64,000 bases of DNA from assembly GCA_045639685.1 (NCBI GenBank), contig JAZUDO010000012.1, positions 25,156 to 89,155 of the forward strand, read 5' to 3'. This stretch comes from Lachnospiraceae bacterium. GTDB lineage: Bacteria; Bacillota; Clostridia; Lachnospirales; Lachnospiraceae. Made by a program: the position numbers and the translations under genes. The notes beneath the pieces were generated by a model. It did no database searches. It saw nothing but the letters and a program-made list of their open reading frames with translations, and was not told the origin of the DNA. This document shows, piece after piece, positions 40,209-49,072 of this stretch. Position 1 is the first letter of the stretch; every line of letters starts with the position of its first letter.

Positions 40209-41063
40209 ATGAAGGATTACAGCAAACGTGTGCCTAAAGAGTATTATGATGCTATTATTGACAAAGGCGGAATGATAGAAAAGGTCAGTTATATTTCCAA
40301 AAGGTATGCTACGGATAACAGCGACATAGAGAAAAGGGCGCTTGTTTATCTTCCCAGGGGAATTGATAAAAACGGTGACAAGAGATACAAAACTTTGTAT
40401 CTCATGCACGGCGGCGGTGGAAATGAAGAGGAATTTTTGTTTGGACAGGATTCCAAGAGATCTCTTCTGTATATAATCGACCACATGATTGCAAACGGTG
40501 AACTGGAGCCGATGATTATTGTTACACCTAGCTTCTATTATGAGGCTTGCCAGAGTGTCGGTCATGATATTACCGAGGCCGCAACACTTACAAAGGCATT
40601 TCCCAATGAATTCAGAAATGAGCTTCTTCCCTATATTGAGGCCAATTATCCGGTTCTCCGCGGTCGTGAGAACAGAGCTTTCGGCGGATTTTCAATGGGT
40701 GGAGAAACAACCTGGGAGATTATGCTGAACTGCCTCGATCTTGTTTCCAACTTTATGCCTCTTTCCGGCGACTGCTGGATAGTTGAGGAGAAGGGTGGAG
40801 CATCCAAGACAGAGGAAACTGTTGAGATGATGGAGCAGAAGCTTCGCGATAACAGATTTGATAAGCTTGATATTAATATTTTTGCATTTACAGGAGAGAA
40901 GGATATAGCATTTCCGGCACTTGATGCACAGATAAAATGTATGCTTGAAAGAGGCTGGAACAAGTTCCCCGTAAAGGTAAGATACGGTACCTGGGCTGAC
41001 GGTATTCACTGGTATCCATGGATTTATGAGTATATCTATAACATACTTCCGGATTTGTTCTAA
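40209..41063 (+). CDS. Esterase, CE1/enterochelin-esterase-like alpha/beta hydrolase
   Basis: VYLP, LYLMHGGGG, RAFGGFSMGG, PLSG. Confidence 0.85.
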   Translation: MKDYSKRVPKEYYDAIIDKGGMIEKVSYISKRYATDNSDIEKRALVYLPRGIDKNGDKRYKTLYLMHGGGGNEEEFLFGQDSKRSLLYIIDHMIANGELEPMIIVTPSFYYEACQSVGHDITEAATLTKAFPNEFRNELLPYIEANYPVLRGRENRAFGGFSMGGETTWEIMLNCLDLVSNFMPLSGDCWIVEEKGGASKTEETVEMMEQKLRDNRFDKLDINIFAFTGEKDIAFPALDAQIKCMLERGWNKFPVKVRYGTWADGIHWYPWIYEYIYNILPDLF

Positions 41064-41089
41064 GCATTTGTTTTAGCGATTTGTTCTAA
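41052..41089. repeat. 12-bp direct repeat (period 26) spanning the esterase stop
   Basis: GATTTGTTCTAA at 41052 and 41078, with degenerate ATTTGTTTTAG between. Confidence 0.7.
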
Positions 41090-41157
41090 AGAGAAGTGGT
41101 AAGATACAAACCTGTTTTTTGCAGATTTGACAAATAATGAAAAAATAAAAGGGCGTG

Positions 41158-41748
41158 CTACAGCATGCCCTTTACAAATATTTCGATTCCAATTGCTATC
41201 AGGATTATGCCGCCGAGGATTGTCGCTTTTCCGGCAAGCTTTGTACCGAACTTTTTCCCAAGCTTGATTCCTGCTATGCAGATAATATATGTGACGATTC
41301 CGATTATTAAGCATTCAACTATTGCGGCAGCAGTGTTGTAATCGGCCATGGTGAAGCCTACCGAAAGTGCATCGATGGAGGTTGCTATTCCCTGAACAAT
41401 CAGCGCGCCGAAGCCGAGCCTTGACGCCTCCTGCTGCTCTTCATCGGAACCCTTTATTATTCCCTCGAAAAGCATTTTTCCTCCGATATAAAGAAGGAGA
41501 AGCAGGGCAATCCAGGGAATGAATTTTGTAAATGCTTCAAAGGCACTTGCAATGAGGTGAACACATATCCATCCAATCAGTGGCATAATAATCTGAAATC
41601 CGGCAAATACACCTGCTATCAGATTCGAACGCCCACGTTTCATATCCGGTTCATTGAGGCCGTTGGCAAGTGATACGGAAAATGCATCCATGGCAAGGCC
41701 GATGCCGAAGCCTATTGAGTTGATAAAAAACATTAAGTCCATAGTCAT
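41158..41748 (-). CDS. mntP: Manganese efflux pump MntP
   Basis: GLAMDAFSVS, FQ..MP.IGW, ATSIDALSVG. Confidence 0.92.
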   Translation of the reverse strand: MTMDLMFFINSIGFGIGLAMDAFSVSLANGLNEPDMKRGRSNLIAGVFAGFQIIMPLIGWICVHLIASAFEAFTKFIPWIALLLLLYIGGKMLFEGIIKGSDEEQQEASRLGFGALIVQGIATSIDALSVGFTMADYNTAAAIVECLIIGIVTYIICIAGIKLGKKFGTKLAGKATILGGIILIAIGIEIFVKGML

Positions 41749-41928
41749 AAAAGGAATACTAACAAAAATCGCGCCCTAAGTCAACGCGTTGAAGACGAGC
41801 AGGGTATAGGTGTGCATAAACAGAGTGAAGGCTTAAGCAGGAGACGAGCAGGGAATTGAGTAATATATCAGCTTGTGATAGAATAAGCGTTATGAAATAA
41901 ATTGGATTTTGGTACATTAAGGAAGAAA

Positions 41929-42579
41929 ATGGACAGACTGATAATTGATAAAAACTGCGTGGAAACGCTCAAGGAAACTAAGTTTTTAAATATGTTCGAC
42001 CTTAAGTATGCAGAGGGAAAGCACTATTTCGAAGCAACAAGAAGGAAGAAAGAAGATATAATTGCCGTAAAAGACGATGAAGAGTTCAAATCTCTCATTC
42101 CGGATGCGGTTACCATAGCTGTGGTTGTGTATCAAAAGGGTGAGGAGCCTCGTCTTTTGCTTCAGTATGAGTACAGATATCCCATAGGCAGGTTTGTAAT
42201 CAGCCCTGTTGCGGGATTGATTGATGAGGAAGACAAGGAACTTGAGAATCCTTTTGTTGTTGCAGCCATAAGGGAGATTAAGGAAGAAACCGGACTTACG
42301 GTAAAGGAAAGCGATGAAGTATTTGTCATTAACCCATGTGCATTTGCATCACCGGGTATGACGGATGAATCCAACGCATTTTTATGTGCAAAGGTATATG
42401 TGGACAATTTGGATGAATTGAATCAGAACGGAGCTGTGGGCTCTGAATTATTTAACGGATTTGAACTTGTAAACAGGCAGCAGGCAAAGGAACTGTTTGA
42501 AACCGGCAGAGATAAGTACGGCAATTTCTTTTCTCTTTCAACCTGGGCTGTTATAGGTTATTTTCTGATGATGGAGTAG
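41929..42579 (+). CDS. NUDIX hydrolase (ADP-ribose pyrophosphatase-like)
   Basis: EYRYP, AGLID...AAIREIKEETGL, SPGMTDE. Confidence 0.88.
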   Translation: MDRLIIDKNCVETLKETKFLNMFDLKYAEGKHYFEATRRKKEDIIAVKDDEEFKSLIPDAVTIAVVVYQKGEEPRLLLQYEYRYPIGRFVISPVAGLIDEEDKELENPFVVAAIREIKEETGLTVKESDEVFVINPCAFASPGMTDESNAFLCAKVYVDNLDELNQNGAVGSELFNGFELVNRQQAKELFETGRDKYGNFFSLSTWAVIGYFLMME

Positions 42580-42581
42580 AG

Positions 42582-43124
42582 ATGGAAAAGGTAAAAAGTT
42601 TTTTTAAAGAAATAGGTATATATATTGCCGTAATTTTGATTACCATTGTGGTAAACAAGTTTTTTATTCTTGTTTCAACGGTTATGAGCAGCTCAATGGA
42701 ACCTACAATCATGACAGGTGATACGGCCTTTTGTAACAGGCTGGCATATACAAAGGAAATGCCCGAGAGAGGTGATATGATAATATTTCTGTTTGATGAA
42801 ACCGGAGAGTATCTGTTTAAGCGTGTAATAGGCCTTCCCGGAGATAAGATTACTTTTGAAAATGACAAAGTATTAATAAACGGTGAAGTATTACAGGAGG
42901 ATTACCTTCATGAACTTATAATCACCCGCTGCGATAAATCTTTTGAGGTTCCGGAGGGCTGTGTGTTTGTAATGGGAGACAACAGAACCAATTCCTATGA
43001 TTCGAGATATTGGAAGGATCCATATGTAAAGACTGAAAAGATTATGGGAAGATGCTTCGGAAATATTCATTTCAGCTTTGAGTTTAATATAAAACGTCCG
43101 ATACAGGAATTTTTGAGTAGATAA
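42582..43124 (+). CDS. lepB: Signal peptidase I
   Basis: SSMEPT, KRVIGLPGD, GDNRTNSYDSR. Confidence 0.93.
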   Translation: MEKVKSFFKEIGIYIAVILITIVVNKFFILVSTVMSSSMEPTIMTGDTAFCNRLAYTKEMPERGDMIIFLFDETGEYLFKRVIGLPGDKITFENDKVLINGEVLQEDYLHELIITRCDKSFEVPEGCVFVMGDNRTNSYDSRYWKDPYVKTEKIMGRCFGNIHFSFEFNIKRPIQEFLSR

Positions 43125-43169
43125 TACTTATGGATTTGGGATAATAAACGGATGTGTACGGAGGAGATA

Positions 43170-44384
43170 ATGAAAAAAGCAACGGTTATCCTCAAAAAAG
43201 GTGAGGGCCGATATCTTAAGGCAGGCGGTGCCTGGATATATGACAATGAAATAGATAAAATACAATGGAAAGGCGAACCGGATAACGGTTCGCTTGTTGA
43301 TGTCCTGGATTTTGATGGTTATTACATGGGTGTAGGCTTTATCAATACCAATTCCAAAATAACCGTCAGAATGATGAGCCGAAAGAATGAAGAAATAGAC
43401 GGAGCATTTCTGTATAACAGGGTTAAAGCTGCATGGGAATACAGAAAAACCGTAATGATGCCACAGGATCTTAACTGTTGCAGAGTTATCTTCGGAGAGG
43501 CTGATTTTCTTCCGGGACTTGTAATAGACAAATATGATGATGTGTTGGTGGTGGAATCCCTTGCCATGGGAATTGACAGGCTGAAATTACAGATAATAGA
43601 GGCCTTGAAGCAGATACTTGCAGAGGATGGCTATAAGGTTCGTGGAGTTTACGAAAGATCCGATGCCACGGTACGAAAGAAGGAAGGCTTACCTCTTCAC
43701 AAGGGATTTATCGGTGAAGAGTTTGATACCAATGTTGAGATAGTCGAGAACGGTGTCCATTATATGGTTGACGTGGTAAATGGGCAGAAGACTGGCTTTT
43801 TCCTTGACCAGAAATATAACCGTCTTGCCATGCAGAAAATCTGCAGAGGAAAGAGGGTGCTGGACTGCTTTACACATATGGGTACATTTGCGCTTAATGC
43901 AGGTCTCGCAGGTGCCAAAGAAGTTGTGGGCCTTGATATTTCAGAATATGCAGTCTCTCAGGCAACGGCAAATGCGAAGCGAAACAATCTGTCGGATACG
44001 GTTTCCTTCAGATGTGCCAATGTGCTTGATGAACTTCCGAAACTGTCGGAGGCAGGTGAGCAGTATGATGTGGTAATACTGGATCCGCCTGCATTTACAA
44101 AGTCCAGAGAAGCTACGAAGAATGCTATCAAGGGCTACCGCGAGATAAATATGAAGGGACTGAAACTGGTCAAAAACGGAGGCTATCTTGCAACCTGCTC
44201 CTGCTCTCATTTTATGACACAGGAACTGTTCTGTAAGACAGTGGCTCAGGCTGCGGCAAGCGCTCATAAGCGCCTTCGCCAGGTTGAATTCAGAACCCAG
44301 GCTCCGGATCATCCGATTTTGTGGGCAGCAGATGAAAGCTACTACTTGAAGTTCCTGATCTTTCAGGTGGTTGACGAGAAGTGA
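43170..44384 (+). CDS. Class I SAM-dependent rRNA methyltransferase (RlmI family)
   Basis: PUA-like N-terminus, GEADFLPGL, GQKTGFFLDQ, LDPPAF, TCSCS. Confidence 0.9.
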   Translation: MKKATVILKKGEGRYLKAGGAWIYDNEIDKIQWKGEPDNGSLVDVLDFDGYYMGVGFINTNSKITVRMMSRKNEEIDGAFLYNRVKAAWEYRKTVMMPQDLNCCRVIFGEADFLPGLVIDKYDDVLVVESLAMGIDRLKLQIIEALKQILAEDGYKVRGVYERSDATVRKKEGLPLHKGFIGEEFDTNVEIVENGVHYMVDVVNGQKTGFFLDQKYNRLAMQKICRGKRVLDCFTHMGTFALNAGLAGAKEVVGLDISEYAVSQATANAKRNNLSDTVSFRCANVLDELPKLSEAGEQYDVVILDPPAFTKSREATKNAIKGYREINMKGLKLVKNGGYLATCSCSHFMTQELFCKTVAQAAASAHKRLRQVEFRTQAPDHPILWAADESYYLKFLIFQVVDEK

Positions 44385-44416
44385 ACCATGGGGGCGGGGT
44401 TGATGGTTTATATTTC

Positions 44417-44456
44417 AATAAAAAAGTCTGACGTGAGTCAGACTTTTTTGTTTATT
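44417..44456. terminator. Bidirectional terminator overlapping the GT2 stop
   Basis: AAAAAAGTCTGAC-GTGA-GTCAGACTTTTTT. Confidence 0.8.
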
Positions 44457-45355
44457 ATATATCTCGGACGAGCCTTGATTTCATCATAAATCTGTGCGAT
44501 ATACAGACCGATGATTCCAAGACTTATCATTATGATTCCGCTTGAAAGAAGAATCAGTGTGATTACCGTTGTGAAGCCACCGAGAGCTGTTCCGGTAAAG
44601 TATCTGAATAGTGCTTCGCCACCGATAAACAGGGAGGCGATTATAAAAATGATACCCATTGCCGTTACAATCTGTAACGGACCGGAAGAGAAAATGGTTA
44701 TGTTGTGAACCGCATATTTTATCAGTTTTGAAAGAGACCATTTACTTGTGCCGATGGTTCTGTCGGCAACCTCAAAGGGCACCTTTACTGATTTGAAACC
44801 AATCCATCTTGAAAGACCACGGAAGAAGGGAGCCCGCTCCGGCATTGCAAGCAGGGAATCAACGGCAACCCGGTCAAGGAGTATAAAGTCCGAAGCATCC
44901 TCCATGTCTATTTTTGAAAAATGACCTATGAGCTTGTAGAAGAATTTGGCAAGGCCGTGATGCAGCAGACTTTCGTGTCCACGTGAGGACTTGACACCCT
45001 CAACTATTTGGAAGCCTTCCTTCCACAGACGAACCATCTCGGGAATCGTTGCCGGCGGATGCTGCAGGTCGCAGTCCATTACCAGAACACAGTCACCTTT
45101 GGCTTCCGAGAGCCCTGCAAATACGGCAGATTCCTTTCCGAAATTTCTGGAAAATGAGATTCCCCTGACATCTGTATTCCCTTCCTTAACCAGTTTCTCA
45201 ACTTCATCGAAGGTAGAATCCTTGGAACCGTCATCAACAAAGATGAATTCATGTTCCATATCAATATCTGTCAGATGTTCTTTTATGGTATCATATGCCA
45301 TTTTTATAAGATCCTGCTCATTAAAGGCAGGAATTACAATTGATATTTTCTTCAT
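44438..45355 (-). CDS. GT2 undecaprenyl-phosphate glycosyltransferase (GtrB/CsbB-like)
   Basis: VIPAFNEQ, VDDGSKD, SRNFGKE, DCDLQHPP, two C-terminal TMs, RPRY. Confidence 0.93.
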   Translation of the reverse strand: MKKISIVIPAFNEQDLIKMAYDTIKEHLTDIDMEHEFIFVDDGSKDSTFDEVEKLVKEGNTDVRGISFSRNFGKESAVFAGLSEAKGDCVLVMDCDLQHPPATIPEMVRLWKEGFQIVEGVKSSRGHESLLHHGLAKFFYKLIGHFSKIDMEDASDFILLDRVAVDSLLAMPERAPFFRGLSRWIGFKSVKVPFEVADRTIGTSKWSLSKLIKYAVHNITIFSSGPLQIVTAMGIIFIIASLFIGGEALFRYFTGTALGGFTTVITLILLSSGIIMISLGIIGLYIAQIYDEIKARPRYIINKKV

Positions 45356-45508
45356 GACTATCAGTTTAAGTCAAAAAAAGTGAATTATCAACGGCTTTTT
45401 AGGCCTTTTGTACCATTTTTTTGGCAAAATGCTCGTAGAAAAAGAGATGATGGGGTGTTATATTTACAGTGAAGGATATTTAGGGAGCGGGAATCCGCAG
45501 GGGACAGT

Positions 45509-48124
45509 ATGAAAAACAGTATTCGTTTAAAGCAGGGAAATAAATATTTCCTAAGCTTTGTCAGTGCATTTATTACGGCAGTTATGTTTGTAATGTTTCT
45601 TGCCGTTAACAGAATAGCGCCATTTGGTAACAAATTCTGGTTTGTTTATGATATGAATAAGCAATACCTGGATTTTTATTCATATTATAAAACAGTCTTT
45701 GAGGGAAACAGTAATCTGTTTTATTCCTCATCCATTTCACTGGGGTCGGCTGCAATAGGTTTCTTTACTTACTATTTGTCAAGCCCTTGGCTTTTGCTGA
45801 CACTTTTTTTCAAAAAATCGCAAATGCATATTGCCGTAACACTGATGATAGGAATCAAGCTTGTCCTTGCATCATTTTTCTGTGATCTTTTTCTCGGTCA
45901 TTACATCGAGACTTCCGACAATGAAAAGCCATCCTGTATGAAAAGACTAATCTTTTCTGTGGGGTATTCCTTCTGTACGTTTATAATTTCCAATTCACTT
46001 AATCCAATGTGGCTGGATGTGCTTTATCTCTTCCCTGTTCTGATTTTTATGCTGGACAGACTCATGTATACGGGCAGGAGAAGGGGATATATTCTTACCC
46101 TTGCGCTGATGGGTTTGAATAATTATTACATGGCCTTTATGGTATGTATCTTTGTTGTAATGTGGACATTTTTCAGAATGTTTGCTTCGCCCTGTGATTA
46201 TAGGACGGAGGATTCTCGAGAAAGAAGCAGGCTGAAGATGTTTACTGCTGTTGCAGTCAGTTCGGTGTGGGGAATTATGCTTGATGCTGTTTTCCTTATT
46301 CCTACGGTGTATGAGCTTGGAAACAGCCCCAAGGACATATTCAAACTGGGCCTTGAAACAAACAAAGGAAATCTGGGAATTGGGGAAATTCTGTCAAAGA
46401 TATTCTGCCTGTCCTATGATTCATTTCAGACAATAACGGGAACACCGTTGCTTTACGCAGGAACTGCAGTAATTCTTCTTACAATCCTTTATTATCTGAA
46501 TCGCAGAGTTTCGGTTCGGGAGAAAATCGGCATGGGAATAATGATGCTTGTGTTCATGGTGTCATTTGCCATAGATAAAATCAATCTTTACTGGCATGCG
46601 GGAATGGAGCCCTCCGGATATCCCTACAGAGAGGCATTTCTTTTTGTATTCCTCTGCCTGGTTTGCGGAACACGCTGTGTATGCAATTTTGATGGGGGAA
46701 TAAGCAAAATCAGCATACTTATTAGTGGCCTTATCACAATGGGAATTCTGGGATATCTGTTCATTATAAGAAACAGATTGTTCTATGTGACAGATAAAAT
46801 GCTATTGGTAAATGCGACATTGGTGCTGTTGATTACCGCACTTTTATTGGCATTCAAAGCCGGAAACATGAAGGAACAAGTAGCTGTACTGCTGACTGTG
46901 CTTTTGTGTGTTGTGTCATTTACCGAGCTGTTGGGAAACGGTATATTTGTTTTCAGAACCCAGACCGGCATAAATGATGAAAATGCTGATCGGTATATTA
47001 GTATTGTTTCAGATGTGGAAGCAGCTGTAAAACATGTTAAGAAAACAGACGATTCCATGTACAGAATGGAGAATCTTTCACCCAGGGATCGTAATGATGC
47101 CATGATGTTCGGCTATAACGGAATAACACATTACAGTTCATCAGGGTCCCTTTATGCAAGGGATTTGCTGAAGAAAATGGGCTACAATGACGACGGGCTG
47201 TACGCTGACTACGGTTATAACAATACAGCAACAGCAGATACAATTCTGGGTGTTAAATATCTTCTCGGTGCAGATGAACAGTCTCAGATTCACCCACAGT
47301 ACAGAGAACTGTCTCATGAGGGAGACTATGTTATAAAGGAAAATCCGGAGGTGTTTGGCCCTGCAGTATTTATGACCACACCGCATCCGGACAGCAGCAA
47401 TCCATTTGCAATGCAGGAAGCACTCCTTGCGGCGGCAACCGGTACCGACGGAAAGGTATTTGTTCCTGTTTCCGTAGAGGAGCATGAAGATATGGCGGAT
47501 TCACATGAATATCGTCAATGCATTTGCACTACACAGAAATCCGGCGAAGTATTTTTCTATCTTCAGGGAATTGAAGACAAAATCCAGAATATGCTTGTAT
47601 ATGCAGACGGTAAGATGATTTCCGGATATGGAAATTACGGAAGCATGAAGATACTGAATCTGGGATATTATGAAGCGGGAGCTTCTATCGACGTAAGAAT
47701 TGAATGTGATTCGGAAAATGCTGATTTCGGTAAGACACTTATATATACGGAGGATGCGGACAAACTCAAGACCTGCTTTGATGAGGCCGGTAAGATAGAG
47801 GTTGTCAGAAATTCTTCTTCAAGGTATGAGCTTTTGCTGCCCGAGAATTACGAAAGTCTGGGCGCTGAAGGAATAATGGTAACCTTCCCTTACGAAAAGG
47901 GATGGAAGGCCGTCTCCGGCGGGAAGAGCATCCCAATGGAAATATGTGCCGATACAATGTTATATATCCCAATGAGCGAACTTTCGGGAAATGTTATCGA
48001 ACTGAACTTTATTCCCGAAGGCTTCAATCTCGGACTTGTAATCAGCCTTTTGGCATTACTTCTGCTTATTGGGGACTGCGTTCTGCGAGCATATCGTACT
48101 CGACGTCACGATTCTTCGAAGTGA
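45509..48124 (+). CDS. YfhO-family polytopic GT-C glycosyltransferase
   Basis: D..KQY..F, YYLSSP, NPMWLD, NYYMAFM, YPYR, GITHYSS, LGVKY, PYEKGW; many TMs. Confidence 0.9.
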   Translation: MKNSIRLKQGNKYFLSFVSAFITAVMFVMFLAVNRIAPFGNKFWFVYDMNKQYLDFYSYYKTVFEGNSNLFYSSSISLGSAAIGFFTYYLSSPWLLLTLFFKKSQMHIAVTLMIGIKLVLASFFCDLFLGHYIETSDNEKPSCMKRLIFSVGYSFCTFIISNSLNPMWLDVLYLFPVLIFMLDRLMYTGRRRGYILTLALMGLNNYYMAFMVCIFVVMWTFFRMFASPCDYRTEDSRERSRLKMFTAVAVSSVWGIMLDAVFLIPTVYELGNSPKDIFKLGLETNKGNLGIGEILSKIFCLSYDSFQTITGTPLLYAGTAVILLTILYYLNRRVSVREKIGMGIMMLVFMVSFAIDKINLYWHAGMEPSGYPYREAFLFVFLCLVCGTRCVCNFDGGISKISILISGLITMGILGYLFIIRNRLFYVTDKMLLVNATLVLLITALLLAFKAGNMKEQVAVLLTVLLCVVSFTELLGNGIFVFRTQTGINDENADRYISIVSDVEAAVKHVKKTDDSMYRMENLSPRDRNDAMMFGYNGITHYSSSGSLYARDLLKKMGYNDDGLYADYGYNNTATADTILGVKYLLGADEQSQIHPQYRELSHEGDYVIKENPEVFGPAVFMTTPHPDSSNPFAMQEALLAAATGTDGKVFVPVSVEEHEDMADSHEYRQCICTTQKSGEVFFYLQGIEDKIQNMLVYADGKMISGYGNYGSMKILNLGYYEAGASIDVRIECDSENADFGKTLIYTEDADKLKTCFDEAGKIEVVRNSSSRYELLLPENYESLGAEGIMVTFPYEKGWKAVSGGKSIPMEICADTMLYIPMSELSGNVIELNFIPEGFNLGLVISLLALLLLIGDCVLRAYRTRRHDSSK

Positions 48125-48944
48125 TAAATGATAAATCCTTGGGACCGTATTCGGGACGGATTTCTGAATCCGTTACGATTCCCGGATGACACAATATTTC
48201 AATATAGCTGTCTTTCTTTGATGCTTCATGAAGCACGGAGTCAGACAGCTTTTTTACTCTTTCTCCGTCCATATTTCCGCTCATTATAAGTCCCCAGAGC
48301 ATAGCTTTGGGAAGGCCCGCAGCCTTGAGCTTTTTGCTGACGCGTAATGAAAGAATATTGAGAATCACATTTTTTACTATATTAACAATGGGAAATGTTT
48401 TGCGGTATTCTTTGCTCTTTAAGAAAACCCAAAGCGGTTCCTTTGAATTTCTTACAAATGCAAGTTTGTCTGTTAATCCAAGTTCTGCTACCGCCTCCAT
48501 CATTGCATCAAATACAAGTGGAATCATATGAGTATGCACATGACTGTCGAGGCGCAAAGGTAAATCTTCCGGGAGCTCATCCAAAACAGCGAGAATCTGG
48601 GATTTGATTTCTTCTCTGATTTCGGCCTTCAATTCATTTCTCTTTTTTCCGGGAATCAGGGAATGGAGAAAATAATATCCCCAGCTGTTATTAAAAATGA
48701 CATCAGACGTAGTTTGCTTCGAAAGCTTCAAGCCGTCAATCAGATTGATATGAACGGAAACAAGAGGCTTTGTCTCAAGACTGCCCCATCTATCCCGCAG
48801 CAGGGACATACATTCACTGAAGCATCCCATATTGGAAATGATGCTTATGCTGTCCATTTTCCCTGCCTCTATGAGCTCCAGCATCCGCTGTGAATTGTTT
48901 TTTGAAAGGGCGAAATCGTCGCCGTGATAATCTGCTGTGTACAT
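48066..48944 (-). CDS. YdjC/ChbG/HpnK family carbohydrate deacetylase
   Basis: HGDDFA, SVHINL, LDSHVHTH, EILCHPG. Confidence 0.88.
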   Translation of the reverse strand: MYTADYHGDDFALSKNNSQRMLELIEAGKMDSISIISNMGCFSECMSLLRDRWGSLETKPLVSVHINLIDGLKLSKQTTSDVIFNNSWGYYFLHSLIPGKKRNELKAEIREEIKSQILAVLDELPEDLPLRLDSHVHTHMIPLVFDAMMEAVAELGLTDKLAFVRNSKEPLWVFLKSKEYRKTFPIVNIVKNVILNILSLRVSKKLKAAGLPKAMLWGLIMSGNMDGERVKKLSDSVLHEASKKDSYIEILCHPGIVTDSEIRPEYGPKDLSFITSKNRDVEYDMLAERSPQ

Positions 48945-49072
48945 TGGAAAACCTGATTTCTTATGATTTATTATATTTTACCAAAATGACTACGGGCAAA
49001 CAAGATATTGTGGTAAACTGTCAACAGGGGTACAGGCTTTACCGTAGATGTAATTAATTATGGGAGTGTGTT

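Noticed and set aside
41749-41900. yybP-ykoY riboswitch upstream of mntP
   Set aside because: No recognisable motif, and the promoter abuts the start codon; the GACGAGCAGGG repeat here is too short to interpret.
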